Source: the human T2T-CHM13v2.0 reference genome, Homo sapiens. Taken from it: DNA of 64,000 bases. The notes under the pieces are model-generated. The model was not told the DNA's origin, ran no database searches, and worked only from the letters and a program-made list of their open reading frames with translations. The translations under genes and the position numbers were made by a program. Positions 15,448 through 32,099 of this stretch are shown in pieces (the stretch's first letter is position 1; each line of letters starts with the position of its first letter). The stretch lies in assembly GCF_009914755.1 (NCBI RefSeq), contig NC_060925.1, one strand, 5' to 3'.

Positions 15448-16069
15448 TTACACGTTTTTTCTTCTTCCTTATTATCTCTGTACCTATGTAATAAATATGG
15501 TAAGTCTAGGAACAGGTTATACAAAACATTTTCTCCATTGAGACTCACTGAATATTTAGCATTTACAATTATTATAATATATACAACCATATTTGGCACT
15601 AGATATTAAAACACCAATGTCTATCTTCCAAAAGTCATTTCAGACCAATTATGGGAAACTTTTTGAAGCTGACTGTTTCGTTGGCTTAAGGATCCTTTAT
15701 TCTCTAAGTATTCATTATCCGAGTCCCCACTTGCACATGGAAGGAAAAGTCATTCTAACAAGTGACCACTTATAAAATCAGTCCCTACTCGAACATCTCT
15801 CCCTGCTTCACACTAGAGTTTTAACCCTGCCCATTGGGTCAATATCTTTTACATCTTTGGCTCTCAGATAATTTCAGGGTGTGGGAAACATTTGACAACA
15901 CTAAGACAAATAAAATGTAAATGGATGAAAAAGTAAAACTGCAAATCTTGCAGAAGACCTCAGCTTTCATAAAGTTGTCAGTAGTGATTAGAGAACTGTT
16001 CCAGCCATGGGCAAAGCGTTTGGCAACTGGAGATCTGGCAGAGCTGGATTAATTAAAAACTGAAGAAGA

Positions 16070-16389
<320 letters not shown>

Positions 16390-16743
16390 AAAACTGAAGA
16401 AGACAAATGGAAATGGATAAGGACAGTATGGATGTTTTCCAAGAGAAATATTTGAGCCCTAAGAACACTGATGTAATACCCAAGTATTTAAAAAAATGGT
16501 CTGCTGTGTAATCTTACTCTTTGGCAAAAATAAAGTGAAAAGTATCGGAGTTCATAGGAACTTTGGACATCGTTAGTCCAGCTATCTCACTTTTGAGATG
16601 AAGAAGACTCGGAGAGGTTGAACATGTTACACAAGGTCATGAAGCTGGTGATGGGCAAGACTGGAGCTTGGGTGCACTGCCTGCTTTGCCAATTCTTCTG
16701 GTAATTCCAGCCAGAGTTGTGCTTGATTCTCCTCTTCTCTTAG

Positions 16744-17810
<1,067 letters not shown>

Positions 17811-18193
17811 GAATATGGAAATGAATAAATTTTGTTATGTATATTGGGGTTTCATGTAAGAATTTGTCTTAAAATTCAGACTGTTTTGCCAAGTGGGCTG
17901 GTGGCACGTGTTTCTGGCCCTCCTCTGCACTAGCACATTGTTGGGCACTGCATGGATCCATCCTGTGCTCCGTTCCTGTCCCCCTTTGCCAGGGTGAAGC
18001 CTCACACGGGGAACCAGAAGACCATTTGGGTCCCTGGTTCTCAGGTTCTAGGTGGCTCAGTGGGGCGAAGACACTCGTTCAGAGCCTCAGGATCTCAGGG
18101 TTAGGAGGGTGCTGGGAGTCTCGCTCAACCAGAGCCGCTGGGGCTGACAAGAAATGTCTTACATGGGAGAAGGACTGGTTTTCTTTTTTTTAA

Positions 18194-18497
<304 letters not shown>

Positions 18498-18934
18498 GGC
18501 AGTGCTCTTTTTATCAGGGTTTACATATACAATTTCTGGTCTTTTAGCTCCTCTGGTCATACTCCTGCATTGTGGGCAGAAGGGAGGGTAGAAATTTGGT
18601 CTAAGTTGTCAGACTTGTAGTGGGAAAAGAGGTTGAAATTCCTGGACAAAGTCAGCCTTGGATTTCTTTGGTGTCTACATGTTGGGGGTGGGTGATGGGG
18701 GTGAACATTTAGGAGTATAATGGAGAGCTGTGCAGAAAATGGATGCTTCCATGTTAAGGGGCTGTGCTGTTTGGGGATATTAGTTTTGAAAGTTTGAACA
18801 ACATTTAAAGACTGATGATTTTAAACATTATTATCAATTAGCACTGGAGAAGGGAAATTTTGCAGCTGTGTGAGGTGGGGAGATGGGGAACTCAGCCCAA
18901 AGTAAGAGCAGTTCTTAGTGCTGAAGGAAGTTAG

Positions 18935-19253
<319 letters not shown>

Positions 19254-20679
19254 ATCAGGAGGAGCTTCTGATTCTGCACACCAGGAGAGGCTTGGGGCAC
19301 CTCCCAGTGCAGGGGGGGCAACTGCACCCCATGGCAGGCTGAGTAGCTCTCTTCTCAGGGGCGCTTAGGTGTCTGGGAGCAGAAAATGACTTGAGGTGAC
19401 CTGTTTGACTTTTATAATTCTTCGATTCTGGGTTATTTCCTTAATTTCAGAGTCAGCAAGACAACTCAGTTTGGTGGCTATTGATCTGAGAAATTGGCAC
19501 CTGGAAGGGGATTTTCAGGGCAGGCGGCTTCTATCCTAGCTCTGGTCCCCTTCTCCACAACAGAACTGACTTGGAGAGTTCAGAGAGTGGTGCTGCAACT
19601 CCATCTCCTGCCCTTGGCTCAGTCCTGTAAACACTTGCCTATCATACTGTGCAGTGTGGCATTTCTCTTGCACTGTGGAAGGAAAGCGAGCCTGGCCCTT
19701 TCCTCAAACCTCGGTCCTGATTGAAAGATGAGTGAGCCTACTAACTGCCATCTCCGGCAGCTTCCCCAGCTCCACAATATGAGGACAGGGTAATGATGTC
19801 CAATTTTGCACACTTCAGATCCATTAGTAGCAATTACCTTTCTCGAGGTGTTTTGAGTTAGTTTTAACATAGCATTCTTACAGTTGGTGGATAATGACAG
19901 TAATAATGTACACAACATTTTCAAGTCGCTGTTTTTAGCTACAATAACACCATTAGTGGGTTCTGTTTAACAGATGCATTTCATGCTAAAAGTTAAGGTT
20001 CTCATGATTCCTTTCCCTTCCCCCACATAGACCCTTAACTGCTGTTTTATTCAATGAAGATTTTTACTCTGAAGTTTGAGAGATATTTTTCTTTTTCTGA
20101 GTCTTCCTATTGAAACCGGATGGTTATGTCGCTGGCTTGATCTAGAATCATTAATTGTTTTGCTGTTCTTATTTATCTGTTCTTTTCATGACCTGCAAAG
20201 TGACCCAGAAACCCAAAGCTCACGAAAATGAAAAATACGTGTATTTTCCAAAACTCATGCAAGAGCCTGTGAGAGATCAGCAGGTTCTACACGATGCCTT
20301 CAGCCTTCAAGGCAGATAGGTGGCCACCAATCCGCCCAGAGGAGGCAACTCTCAGAAGGGAGATGTCAGTCTCTTCTAGTTACTTCAGTTGAGGTGTGTG
20401 GGTTTTTTTTTTTAACTCCCCCTAATAATACAGAAGAATTGTGTATCCACTCCTCCCCACCTCCCCTACTCCTTCCTGAAGCCATATCTGAGCACCCCAG
20501 GGACCAGGAACTCTTCTCTCAAGCCCTGCATTTTCATTGTTTATATCCCTTTTTTGACACTTTCCTATATGCCACCTCCTTCCATTCTTGCCGTTTCTCC
20601 TGCTGTTTCCTACACAGCTGTTTTGGTTTTGTTGTGTCCATTTCGCAGTCAGTCATTTGTATGTCTTAGTTCTTTATGT

Positions 20680-21430
<751 letters not shown>

Positions 21431-21489
21431 ATCCACCCTACCAGTAAATTGTAGTCTTCTTGAAGCCTGGAGTGTTTGGTGAACCCCCT

Positions 21490-21780
21490 TAGGTAGCATT
21501 TCCTAACACCTTGACTATGGAACAGCAAGGAATGGAATCCTGAGATTCTTTTTAAAAGAGAGTGTCCTATTGTCAAATGCATTAGAGAAACACTGTTCCT
21601 ATGCCCTGACCTGGGGACTTGAGATGCTCACTAGCCTACCAAAGGCTCTGAGGAATCCTGTGAAGACACTTGATTAAGTCAAGCTTATTTTCACTAGCTT
21701 TTTGGACCACGGTGGCTTTTTTTTTTTTTTTCCTTCTGGGTTTTCTCTATTAGCAGCAATGAAAATACTTTGGGGGAAAT
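21490..21780. mobile_element. MER103-like DNA element
   Basis: aaaggctctgaggaatcctg core; tttcctaa/ttgggggaaat terminal-like motifs. Confidence 0.45.
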
Positions 21781-22704
21781 AGGCCCATTAAATGCTGTTA
21801 TGAATTGCCCAAAATAAGGTAAGCAGAATAATATGATATTTAGTTAAATAATTTTTTTATAACATGAAATGTGTGCTGAAGAATAAGAGGGATTTTTTTT
21901 AAGGACTTAATTATGAGAGATACTCCAATTCAGTCGAGAGGTGGATAGAATGGCTGCGAGTCCCCCACGTGCAGCCTCCTCTCCTGACCCTGTATGGTGT
22001 GCTTCCTTGCTTGAAAGTGGAGACAAGCATAGGTCTTAAAAATGGGCAGCGCATCATTACTATTCGAGCCCCGTAATTCAACCAGGAAAATCGGTAAAGT
22101 CAGTGAGTCCTTCTGCTATTGTGTGCTTTCATTCACAATGATTTTAAATGATGTGATAGAACAGCAAGCTGCCTGGGGAAAACTTGATTTTCTGCTTACA
22201 TTAAAAGGAACATAACACTGATAATTTTCCAACAACAACAACAAATATTCTTTTTGACCCTTTCAACATCATGTGAGTTCTTCACCTGTCTTTTTGGCAA
22301 AAGTCGAATCCCAGGTGGACTTCTTAGCAAACCTGTGAGGTTGTTTCCCTTCCCTCTCTGTCCATTGGTATGATTTGGGAGGACAAATTCATTTTGACAC
22401 TAGCCTGAGCAAAACCTAATTAGGAAGGTCAATCTCCTGGCAAAAATGCCACACATTATATCATAAAGCCAAACAAAAATGTTTTTTGGACTCATGGATG
22501 TTTCCTAGTTTAACATAAAACTGATGTATTTATCACACATAGATATTAAGGGCTATTTCACAAGAAGCATTATTTGTTTTTTAAAATATACAACTTGGAA
22601 TTCATTGCAGGTTCCCTTTAAATCGCAAATAGTCCTGGTATATTTCAGTTAAGCTTTAATATTTGATATCAGCACCAATTTTCAGATCTATATTAGTATA
22701 TAGG

Positions 22705-22940
22705 AAAGAGTGGTTAAGAGCATGGGTTTTTAAGTCAGGCAGACCTGAGTTCAAATCCTGACTGGCTTCATTCCTTGCTGCCCCCCACGGGCTTGTACAG
22801 ATGACTTGCTCTATTAGCCTCAGTTTTCTTATCTGTAAAATGGGACTCATGATACCTGCCTCAAATGGTTATTGTGAGAACTAATGAGATAATGAATTTA
22901 AAACTCTATTCCTGGTTTGTAAAGATTTTAGCTTAATGCC
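22705..22940 (+). mobile_element. MIR
   Basis: agtggttaagagcatggg...cagacctgagttcaaatcctg...gcctcagttttcttatctgtaaaatggg. Confidence 0.85.
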
Positions 22941-23061
22941 CAGCATGCATATCATTTGCCACTGTTATTATCTGCTACCTTATAATCATTCACATTTTTC
23001 ATTTATTTAAGAAATACTTATTTTTTATGACAAAGATGGTATTACTTCTTTATTCAGGAGG

Positions 23062-23425
23062 TGACATCATCAGGCTCTGTGTACCCACACAAATCTCATC
23101 TGGAATTGTAATCCCCATAATCCCCACATGTTGAGGGAGAGACCTGGTGGGAGGTGATGGGATCATGGGGGCAGTTTCCCCACGCTGTTCCCTGTGATAG
23201 TGAGTGAGTTCTCACAGGATCTGATGGTTTTATAAGTGGCAGTTTCCCCTGCTTTCCTCTCTCAGCTGCCACCATCTAAGATGTGCCTGCTTCCCCTTCT
23301 GCCATGATTGTAAGTTTCCTGAGGCCTCCCCAGCCATGCTGAATGGAGTTGATGAAACCTCTTTTCTTTGTAAATTACCCAGTCTTGGGCAGTTCTTTAT
23401 AGCAGTGTGGAAATGGACTAATACA
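23062..23425 (+). mobile_element. THE1C/D-like solo LTR
   Basis: caaatctcatctggaattgtaatccccataatccccacatg...ccatgattgtaagtttcctgaggcctcccc...ggactaataca. Confidence 0.9.
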
Positions 23426-23559
23426 GTCAGTTTCCACTCAAGTAGGGTGTTTAGTCCGAGGAAGAGATTAATGACCAAGGCAGGTTAAACCATGCCTAAA
23501 TTACATTACCAAATTGGGACGATATTTAAAAGGTGTTTTCTGGTGAATCTAATGATTTT

Positions 23560-23756
23560 AAGAAATAGTTACTGAGTGTCTATTATGTGCTAGGCACTAC
23601 TGAAATTGCTAGGGATATAAGAGAGAACAAGTAAGTTCCTGGCCTTGTAAAGCTTTCATTTTAGGGAGAGGCAGATGATGAACAAATTAATAAGCAAATA
23701 GTGTGTCATATTCTGAGGATGACTACAGAGAAAAATAGAGCAAGGTAGGTAGGGCA

Positions 23757-23795
<39 letters not shown>

Positions 23796-24190
23796 GGAGG
23801 GGAGGTCTGTGGGTTATTTTTACACAGAGTGATTGAGGGGGCCTCATTAATAATGTGACATTGGAGTAGACACAGAAAGGAAATGAGGAAATAGATTTCA
23901 GGCACAGGGAGCGGGGAATGCAAAAGTCCTGCAGTAGGCATGTGCTTGGTGTTATCTGAGAAGCTACAGAAAGCCAGCATGGCTGGGGCAGAGTGAGCCA
24001 AGGGGAGGATCATGGTGGGGGTGAGGTCAGAGAGGGAGCCTGCCAGGTGAGGGGTCTTATAGGAGCCGTAATAGATTTGGGCTTTTATTCTGAGGGAAAT
24101 GGAGCCATTGGTGAACTTCCAGCAAAGGAGCGATAAAATCGGAAGTATGTTTCAGAAAGACCAAGCTGGCTACTGTATTGAGAATATATG
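23560..24190 (-). mobile_element. L2 3' region
   Basis: tactgagtgtctattatgtgctaggcact...ttgggcttttattctgagggaaatggagccattgg. Confidence 0.75.
23761..23794. repeat. (GT)17 microsatellite
   Basis: Direct reading. Confidence 0.97.
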
Positions 24191-24393
24191 ATATTAAAAT
24201 ACAAATATAACTTGGGTGTATGTAAATTGAGATAATGGGCTCTCAAACAAAACTTTCTGAAGAAGGCGTTCTCTGATTCATTGCTTGCCTTTTTCTCCTT
24301 TCCCTAGCTCTAATCTTCAATTCCCTATTGTACATTCTCTGTCTGTAGCTGCCCATTTCCCAGGGCCACTCAACATCACTGATGTTGAGAACA

Positions 24394-24697
24394 GTGTCAT
24401 AGTCAGCTCAGGCTGCCATAAGAAAAAGGTAGGTCCACTCTGAGGCTTCTTCTTTTGGTTTGTAGATGGCTGCCTTTTCACTCCATCCTCACACAGCAGA
24501 GAGAGAAGGAGCAAGCTCTTTCACGTCTCAAGGACACAAATCCTATCAGTGATCCTATCTGGGATCAAGGCTCCACCCTGATGACCTTAACCTTCATCAC
24601 TTCCATAAAGACCCCATCTCCAAATACAATCACATTAGGGGTGGGGCATCAATGTATGAATTTGGGGAGGGGGACAAAAACATTCAGCCTATAGCAG
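24394..24697 (-). mobile_element. MLT1A-like LTR with internal deletion
   Basis: tgtcatagtcagctcaggctgccataa...ccccatctccaaatacaatcacatt...acattcagcctatagca. Confidence 0.75.
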
Positions 24698-24988
24698 GTA
24701 GGAAGTGCCATATTAAATAAGTTCAGTTCTTTTTACCACAATGAAGAGTGTGGCATTGAGCTAAAATGAAATCTATCACCTTTCTCTTAGGAGAAACCCA
24801 GCAGTCACTGTTATTGGTCATACTGAGGCATAACCTAGTAGTAGAGTTGTGCCAGATGTGGTAGCATCTACCGGGGGATTGAGAGCTGGGGTCCAGGAAC
24901 ATATCCCATGGGTCTCCATGAGATGATTTACCAGATTTCACTTCAACATGAGGGGCTTTAGGAGGAAACAGTCACCTGCATCCCCTGA

Positions 24989-25175
24989 GCAGGGCTGTCC
25001 CAGGCAACTGTGCATGACACAGAGGCACCTGCCTCATGGGGCAAGCAGGGCAGAAAATCCAGCCTGGGCTCCTCTTGCCCAGCTTTGTGCCTACCTGGGG
25101 GGCAGGGGCTGTGTTTGCTTGGAGAGGGATGTGCTTTTCTGATTCACAGAAGTGCCTGTGGGCCAGTAGCTGTTT
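24989..25175. mobile_element. MER91A-like hAT-Tip100 element
   Basis: cagggctgtcccaggcaactgtgca...gaaaatccagcctgggctcc...cttttctgattcacaga. Confidence 0.65.
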
Positions 25176-25600
25176 CCTTACTGCAAGTGTCTGATTGAAC
25201 ATCAAATAATGTTTTCACTGTCCTCAGAAGAAATTTCTCTCCAGTGTGAGTATCAGACATCATTTTGGTTCCTTTGGACCCCTGGATTGTTTTATCTTAT
25301 GGATATTTACAGCTGCGTTTTCCTCTTCCTATGGACTGTTAGCTTAGAATTAAATTAGAGCCTCCCTTTAGCAAGTAGATGGGAGTTCATGGTAGGCATT
25401 TTCTGGGCTAAAGGCCCTTGTCTTGCAGGATTCCTGGCCTCTTGAAGTGCTATGGGTGGTCTGGGATACCTTGTAAATTTATTAATTTGATGCGCTGCTT
25501 GGACTGCATCATAAATTGAGTTTTGGTCTCCTTATTTTGGGGGATTATTATAAATTTGTATTCATTCCACAAATATTTGTTGAGTTTCCTACTATGTGTC

Positions 25601-25935
25601 TGTATTAGTCTGTTTTCACACTGCTAATAAACACATACCCAGGACTGGGAAGAAAAAGAGATTTAATGGACTTATAGTTCCTTATGGCTGGAGAGCAAGT
25701 GGAAGGCAAGGAGGAGCAAGTCATGTCTTACATGGATGGCAGCAGGCAAAGAGAGAGCTTGTGCAGGGAAACTCCCCCTTCTAGAACCATCAGATCTCGT
25801 GAGACTTATTCACTATCATGAGAACAGCAGGGGAAAGACCTGCCCCCATGATTCAATTACCTCCCACCAGGTCCCTCCAACAATATGTGGGAATTCAAGA
25901 TAAATTTTGGGTAGGGACACAGCCAAACCATGTCA
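25601..25935 (-). mobile_element. THE1A/B solo LTR inserted in an L2
   Basis: tgtattagtctgttttcacactgct...gggacacagccaaaccatgtca; perfect 5-bp TSD gtgtc. Confidence 0.93.
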
Positions 25936-26083
25936 GTGTCCATAGTAGGGATGAAGATAACAGGCTAGGGCTCTCTCCTAAGGAGTCTGCTTGCTAATTA
26001 GGGAGGCTTAGACATTTCTCAGGTAAACAACTAGCAGGATAGTTATAGGTTGGGACAAGTGTCATACAAGAAGTAAGCAAGGT

Positions 26084-26393
26084 AGCTGGGTGCGGTGGCT
26101 CACGCCTGTCATCCTACCACTTTGGGAGGCCAAGGTGGGTGGATCATCTGAGGTCAGGAGTTCAAGACCAGCCTGGCCAACATGGTGAAACCCCATCTCT
26201 ACTAAAAATACAAAAATTAGCCGGGCTTGGTGGCAGGTGCCTGTAATCCCAGCTACTCGGGAGGCTGAGGCACAAGAATAGCTTGAAGCTTGAACCCGGG
26301 AGGTGGAGGCTGCAGTGAGCCATGATTGCACCACCTCACTCCAGCTTAGGTGACAGAGCGAGACTCTGTCTCAAAAAAAAAAAAAAAAAAAAA
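26084..26393 (+). mobile_element. AluSx-like
   Basis: Full dimer with poly(A); small internal duplication gcttgaa. Confidence 0.95.
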
Positions 26394-28639
26394 AGCTAGC
26401 AAGGTGCTGTCATGGAGAGTAACTGTTGATGTGTGTTGGAGGAAAGGAGGCTCTTTAGACAGAGTAGGCAAGGAAGACAGCTTAAGAAGAGAATTACTTT
26501 ACATAATGTAAATGAAGTCCTTAGCTTGATCCCTGATGTGCGGTCAGCTCTCAGTTCATAATAGTTACTATGGTTATTATTGCTGTTGTCACCTTTCCCT
26601 TATTATATGCTGCACAATGCGTGAAAGCAAGAACACATTGCCAGAATTTTGAAGAGATGATGAAGACTTTGCAGATGTACCAGCACTGGATGGTTGGGAA
26701 ATTTCAGTTCATAATAACTGAATTTAACTCTTTCCATCTTGAAAGACAGGCCTTGCTTGTCGGGTGGAACTATGGAACTTTGCTCTGCATCTCACATTGG
26801 AGCTATGCGTCTCCTAATTTGAGCCCTCTCTCCAAACCGTCATCTTTAAGCATTAATCTGCTGTACCTACCCAATATCTTTAAATCTGGATTCTCCTGAT
26901 TGTTATTGTAGTGCAAATTTCAATTCATGTCCATTCAGAACCTAATGCAATTAGATCCAGAATTAATTTGGGGGCAGTGTATAGCCAAAGGTCCTTCTTT
27001 GAAGAGATTATATTCCACATAGAGTCGAGTCATTAAATAGACAGAAATATAGCCCCTCTAACTTAATGTTTTGAGCACTCTCTGAGCTTGTAGCACAGTC
27101 AGCCTATGTGGTAGAAGAAGAGGGTAGAATAAGGGCATGAGGCTGGGAGTTTTGGTGAGTATAACAAGTTCACTGTATTTTTAAGAACACTGAAAAGTAC
27201 CAGAGCTAACCTGGTTGAAGAACTTGGAAAAGCAGAAGGCCTCCATCTTGCCCACAACTCAATGCCTTTCCTTGGTTACCTAAGGGAATGCACTTGCAAC
27301 TCTATTACCCAGCAAATTAGGAGAGTGATTCAGTCAGGTATATTTATCACGAAGAGAACTGAAGATAATTAATACACTGCATTGAATGCAAATTGCACCC
27401 ACAGCACTTATCTCATTTTCAATTAGCACAAATGTTACAGCACTGAGGGCTTGTTATGGTTTTACCATGGGCTGGGTAATTAATTTCTGTGAGCCACATA
27501 TCAGGCACCTGGTAATGCCGTTTATTAATAAATGTCACCCCAGGTATTGGTTTGTTAGAGGAGGTAAATAAATGGAATGTGCAGTTGTCTGCCCTGTGCA
27601 AATCTATTTTTACACCTCACTGAATCTTTTCACTTGTTTGTTTATTGACTAGAGTGACTACTGAGATTACAATTGCAAACAAAGGAAAATCCCCACCCTT
27701 AATGTGGCCTCGAAGGGGATTCCTTTTCTTCTCCCTCCGGGATCATCAGACCAGTGAGTGGAGTTGCTTTAGAATGCATTTTCCAGATAAGACTCATGGG
27801 GGTAGAGTTAGAAATGGGAGACTTCTGGGGAACCAACCCCATCTGACCTCAGCCTCAATCACTTATGCAGCATTAGGCACGTTTCTCCATCTGTGAGTCT
27901 TTGGGGAGCATGAGATTGTACAGGCCCCTTTATGGGCAGCCTGTCCTGTTCCTCATTTCGGCCCCCTTTCCCCTGCTCTGTTTCTCATTACAGTCTTTGC
28001 TGCCCAGTCTGTGCCATTCAGGCCCCTGACGGTGTGGGTAGGACCTGGGGGCTTTGGACAAGGGTGAGGTGTTGAGCAGAAGTCCCATATTTTTGTGAGG
28101 TTTTCTACACTTCTCAACTTGTGTCCTCTCTCTCCATATTGGCAGGTGATATTAGAATTTCTTGTCAAAGAAAAAAACAAAAACTCTAATAAGCAAATTT
28201 TGACTACACGTCGATGATGGACCAGACAGTTTTCAGAGCCTTTCAGAGGGTGATGGGCTCAAACTCCATTTTATCAAAGTCCTTGTGATGGTATAAGTTT
28301 TTCTGGGTAGATAGTTTCTTCCTTTTGCTCTGAATCATCTGAGACCTTAATCAGAAATCAGCAATTCCCACCGTATATTTTGAATTTTGTTGCTCCTTGA
28401 GGTGTTCCCTTGAGGATCCCATGAGAAGAACCACTGTGATCTGACTAACTGTGTTAATACATGTAAAGCACTTACCACAATGCCTGGCACTTAATCAGTA
28501 CCCAGTGATGTAACCATGGTTGGCATGATTGTAGTTCTTATTAGTATTTTGTTCTCTCATTTCATGTGACCTAGGAGCAATATTAGTATTGCTCCTGTAG
28601 GGAAAGGCTGGCAGAGAGTGATCCTTTATTAATTATAGC

Positions 28640-29560
28640 AGGTATTTATTGAGCACCTACTATGGACCAGGCACTGATTTGATGCTGCTGATAAAATAGA
28701 CAAAAATCCTGGTCCTAATGAAGTATATGTTCTATTGGAGACAAGAAATAAATAAGCAGGGAGTAAAATATGTAGTATGTCAGAGAGTTTGAGTGCCATA
28801 GAGACATTAGGTAGGGAGGAAAGACAGGAAGTGAGAGGGGTTTCCTTTTGAAATGGGACACTTAAGGAAAGCCTTACTGAGAAGATGCCATTTGAGCAAA
28901 GACATGAAGGAGCTAAGGAAGCTAGCTGTGGGATGTCTGGAGAAAGAGCTTTCTAGGCAGAGGCACAGGAAGTGTAAAGGCCCTGAGACAGAAGGATGCT
29001 GAGGGCCTCAAGGAGGCCAACAAGGCCAGAGTGGAATGAGTGAGAGGGGGTAGGGTAAGAGGGAGCCTCAGAAGTTGTGAGGGCTGGCCCAGCATGGTAT
29101 CTCATGCCTGTAATTCCAGCACTTTGGGAGGCCGAGGTGGGAGGATCACTTGAGGTCAGGAGTTTGAGACCAGCCTGGCCCATGTGATGAAACCCCATCT
29201 CTACTAAAAATACAAAAATTAGCCAGGTGTGGTGGCACACGCCTGTAATTACAGCTACTTAGGAGGCCGAGGCAGGAGAATTGCTTGAACCTGGGAGGCG
29301 GAGGTTGCAGTGATCTGCACTCTAGCCTGGGTGACAGAGTGAGGCTCTGTCTCAAAAAAGAAAAAAAATTATGAGGGCTAGGTCAGGTAGGCCCAAGTGG
29401 GAGATTTTAAGAACTTTGTAGTTCACACTGAGATAGGGTGCCATAGGAGGATTTTGGGCAGAGCAGGTGCATAATGTGACTTAGGTTTTAAAAGGATCAT
29501 TCTGGCTTTTGTTTTAGAAATAGACCACAGAAGACAAGGGCAGAGCCGGTAGACCAGTAA
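28640..29560 (-). mobile_element. L2 3' region, interrupted by an Alu
   Basis: tatttattgagcacctactatggaccaggcactg...ttttaaaaggatcattctggct. Confidence 0.75.
29086..29368 (+). mobile_element. AluSx-like (small right-arm deletion)
   Basis: Dimer; TSD aagttgtgagggct/aaattatgagggct. Confidence 0.93.
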
Positions 29561-29566
29561 GAAGGG

Positions 29567-30409
<843 letters not shown>

Positions 30410-30747
30410 GAGGCAGAAGCACGAAGGCAGGTGCAGGATGAAGGTGGCAGGGGCAAAGATGGTGAGAAACAGTGGATCCTGGTGATGTATCCAGCTGCCA
30501 CACATCTTGGACCAATTTCAGCATGGAATCTTCCATACTGTCTGGGCCTGTGGTAAAGGCATCCCCCTTTCCGTGATCATTTCAACTGATTTAGCATCTG
30601 TTCCTCATCCCCAGGGTTCATGCACAAACTGAGGAACCATAGACAGTTGGAGTGGGAAGGGACCATAGAAACTTATCAAGTCCCTATTGCCCCGTTATAA
30701 ATTCCTACTTTTTCCTGGGGCCATTGAAAACTTGTTGGAAGTTTTTC

Positions 30748-31058
30748 TTTTTTCAAGATTTTATTTTTTTTTAGAGCAGTTTTAGGTTCACACAGCAAAC
30801 GTGAGAGGCAGGTACAGAGATTTTTCATTTACTCCGTGACCCTACTCATGCATAGTCTCCTCTATTATCAATATCCCCCACCAGAGTGATACATTTTTAA
30901 CAATCAATGAACCTACATCGACACATCATAATCATCATCATCATTAGGGTTCACTCTTGGTGTTGTACATTCTATGAGTTTGGACAAATGTTTATTGACA
31001 TGTACCCACCATTATAGTATCATACAGAATATTTCCATTGCCCTAAAAATCCTCTGTG
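30748..31058 (-). mobile_element. L1MC1-like 3' end
   Basis: tttagagcagttttaggttcaca...gggttcactcttggtgttgtacattctatg...gccctaaaaatcctctgtg. Confidence 0.8.
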
Positions 31059-31497
31059 GGATAGTTTTTACTAACTTTATCTGTTTATTATTTTATTCAT
31101 TCATTTAGCATTTACTGGGCATTTGCTGAGTGCACTGCTCTGTGCTATAAAAGCAGAAATAAAAGATATAAGAGTCATGGTCTTTATCTCCAGGAGCTTG
31201 CAATGTATTTGGAATAAGAGAACAATTATAGAGCTAAATATAAGTGAGTGAAAAATCAAATGTTAAGATTTATGCATCAGTACCAACGGAGTGAGGAATG
31301 TGGAGAGGATTTCTGGAGGAAGTAACAGGTCATGGATTTTTATTTTTTAATTGGGGCCAGTCAGAAGATTGCCAGCTTTTCATTTTGCTAAGAATGGGCA
31401 TTAGAATAATTCTTACCATATCTTATTGCCTTTATTTCATTTTAGGTAGGATATTTAAACATCCAAGATATAAAAAAGACATGATCTCAAGATGGAA

Positions 31498-31618
31498 AGT
31501 CCTTGATCTTGGACTCCAAGCTTCTAGAACTATGAGAAAATAAATGTCTGTTGCTTAGGTCTATTGGAAAATACTGGTCTGTGGTATTTTGTTACGGCAG
31601 GCCTAGCATGCTAATACA
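31498..31618 (+). mobile_element. MLT1A/MST-type LTR 3' fragment
   Basis: ccttgatcttggact...agaactatgagaaaataaat...ggtattttgttacggcag...ctaataca. Confidence 0.7.
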
Positions 31619-32099
31619 GACACTATTCAACCCAGTGTAATGCTCGATATGCTTTTTTTTTTTTTTTTTTTTTTTTAAGCTTAGATAACCCAACGTTTGA
31701 TGGAGGAATTCCAAGATGGATTTCAAGATGTCTGTGTTATACCTGTACCTTTTGTTACCATTTGCTTCATATCTATTCCTACTAATCTTGTGGTGCTTGG
31801 CGGGGAGGGGGTTGGAGGATAGTGAGTGCTTTCACACAGGAAGCTGTGAGATGGCGGCACCCAGCTAGACATTCTGCTTAGGTGAATTATGGATTTGCCA
31901 CACTGAGAGTTCTCTTGAGACTCAGGTTCAGAGGACATGTGTGTACACATGGGGGGCAGATATATGAGGGGAGGGCTGCCGTGGGGTGGGGGCTCTAACA
32001 GTACCGTTTTCCCTGCTCCCAGCCTCATTATCGCTCTCCAAGGACCTCAATCTCACCCAGGCCAGCCCTGCCCCCTTTCTGCACCCAGTAAACATTGCT

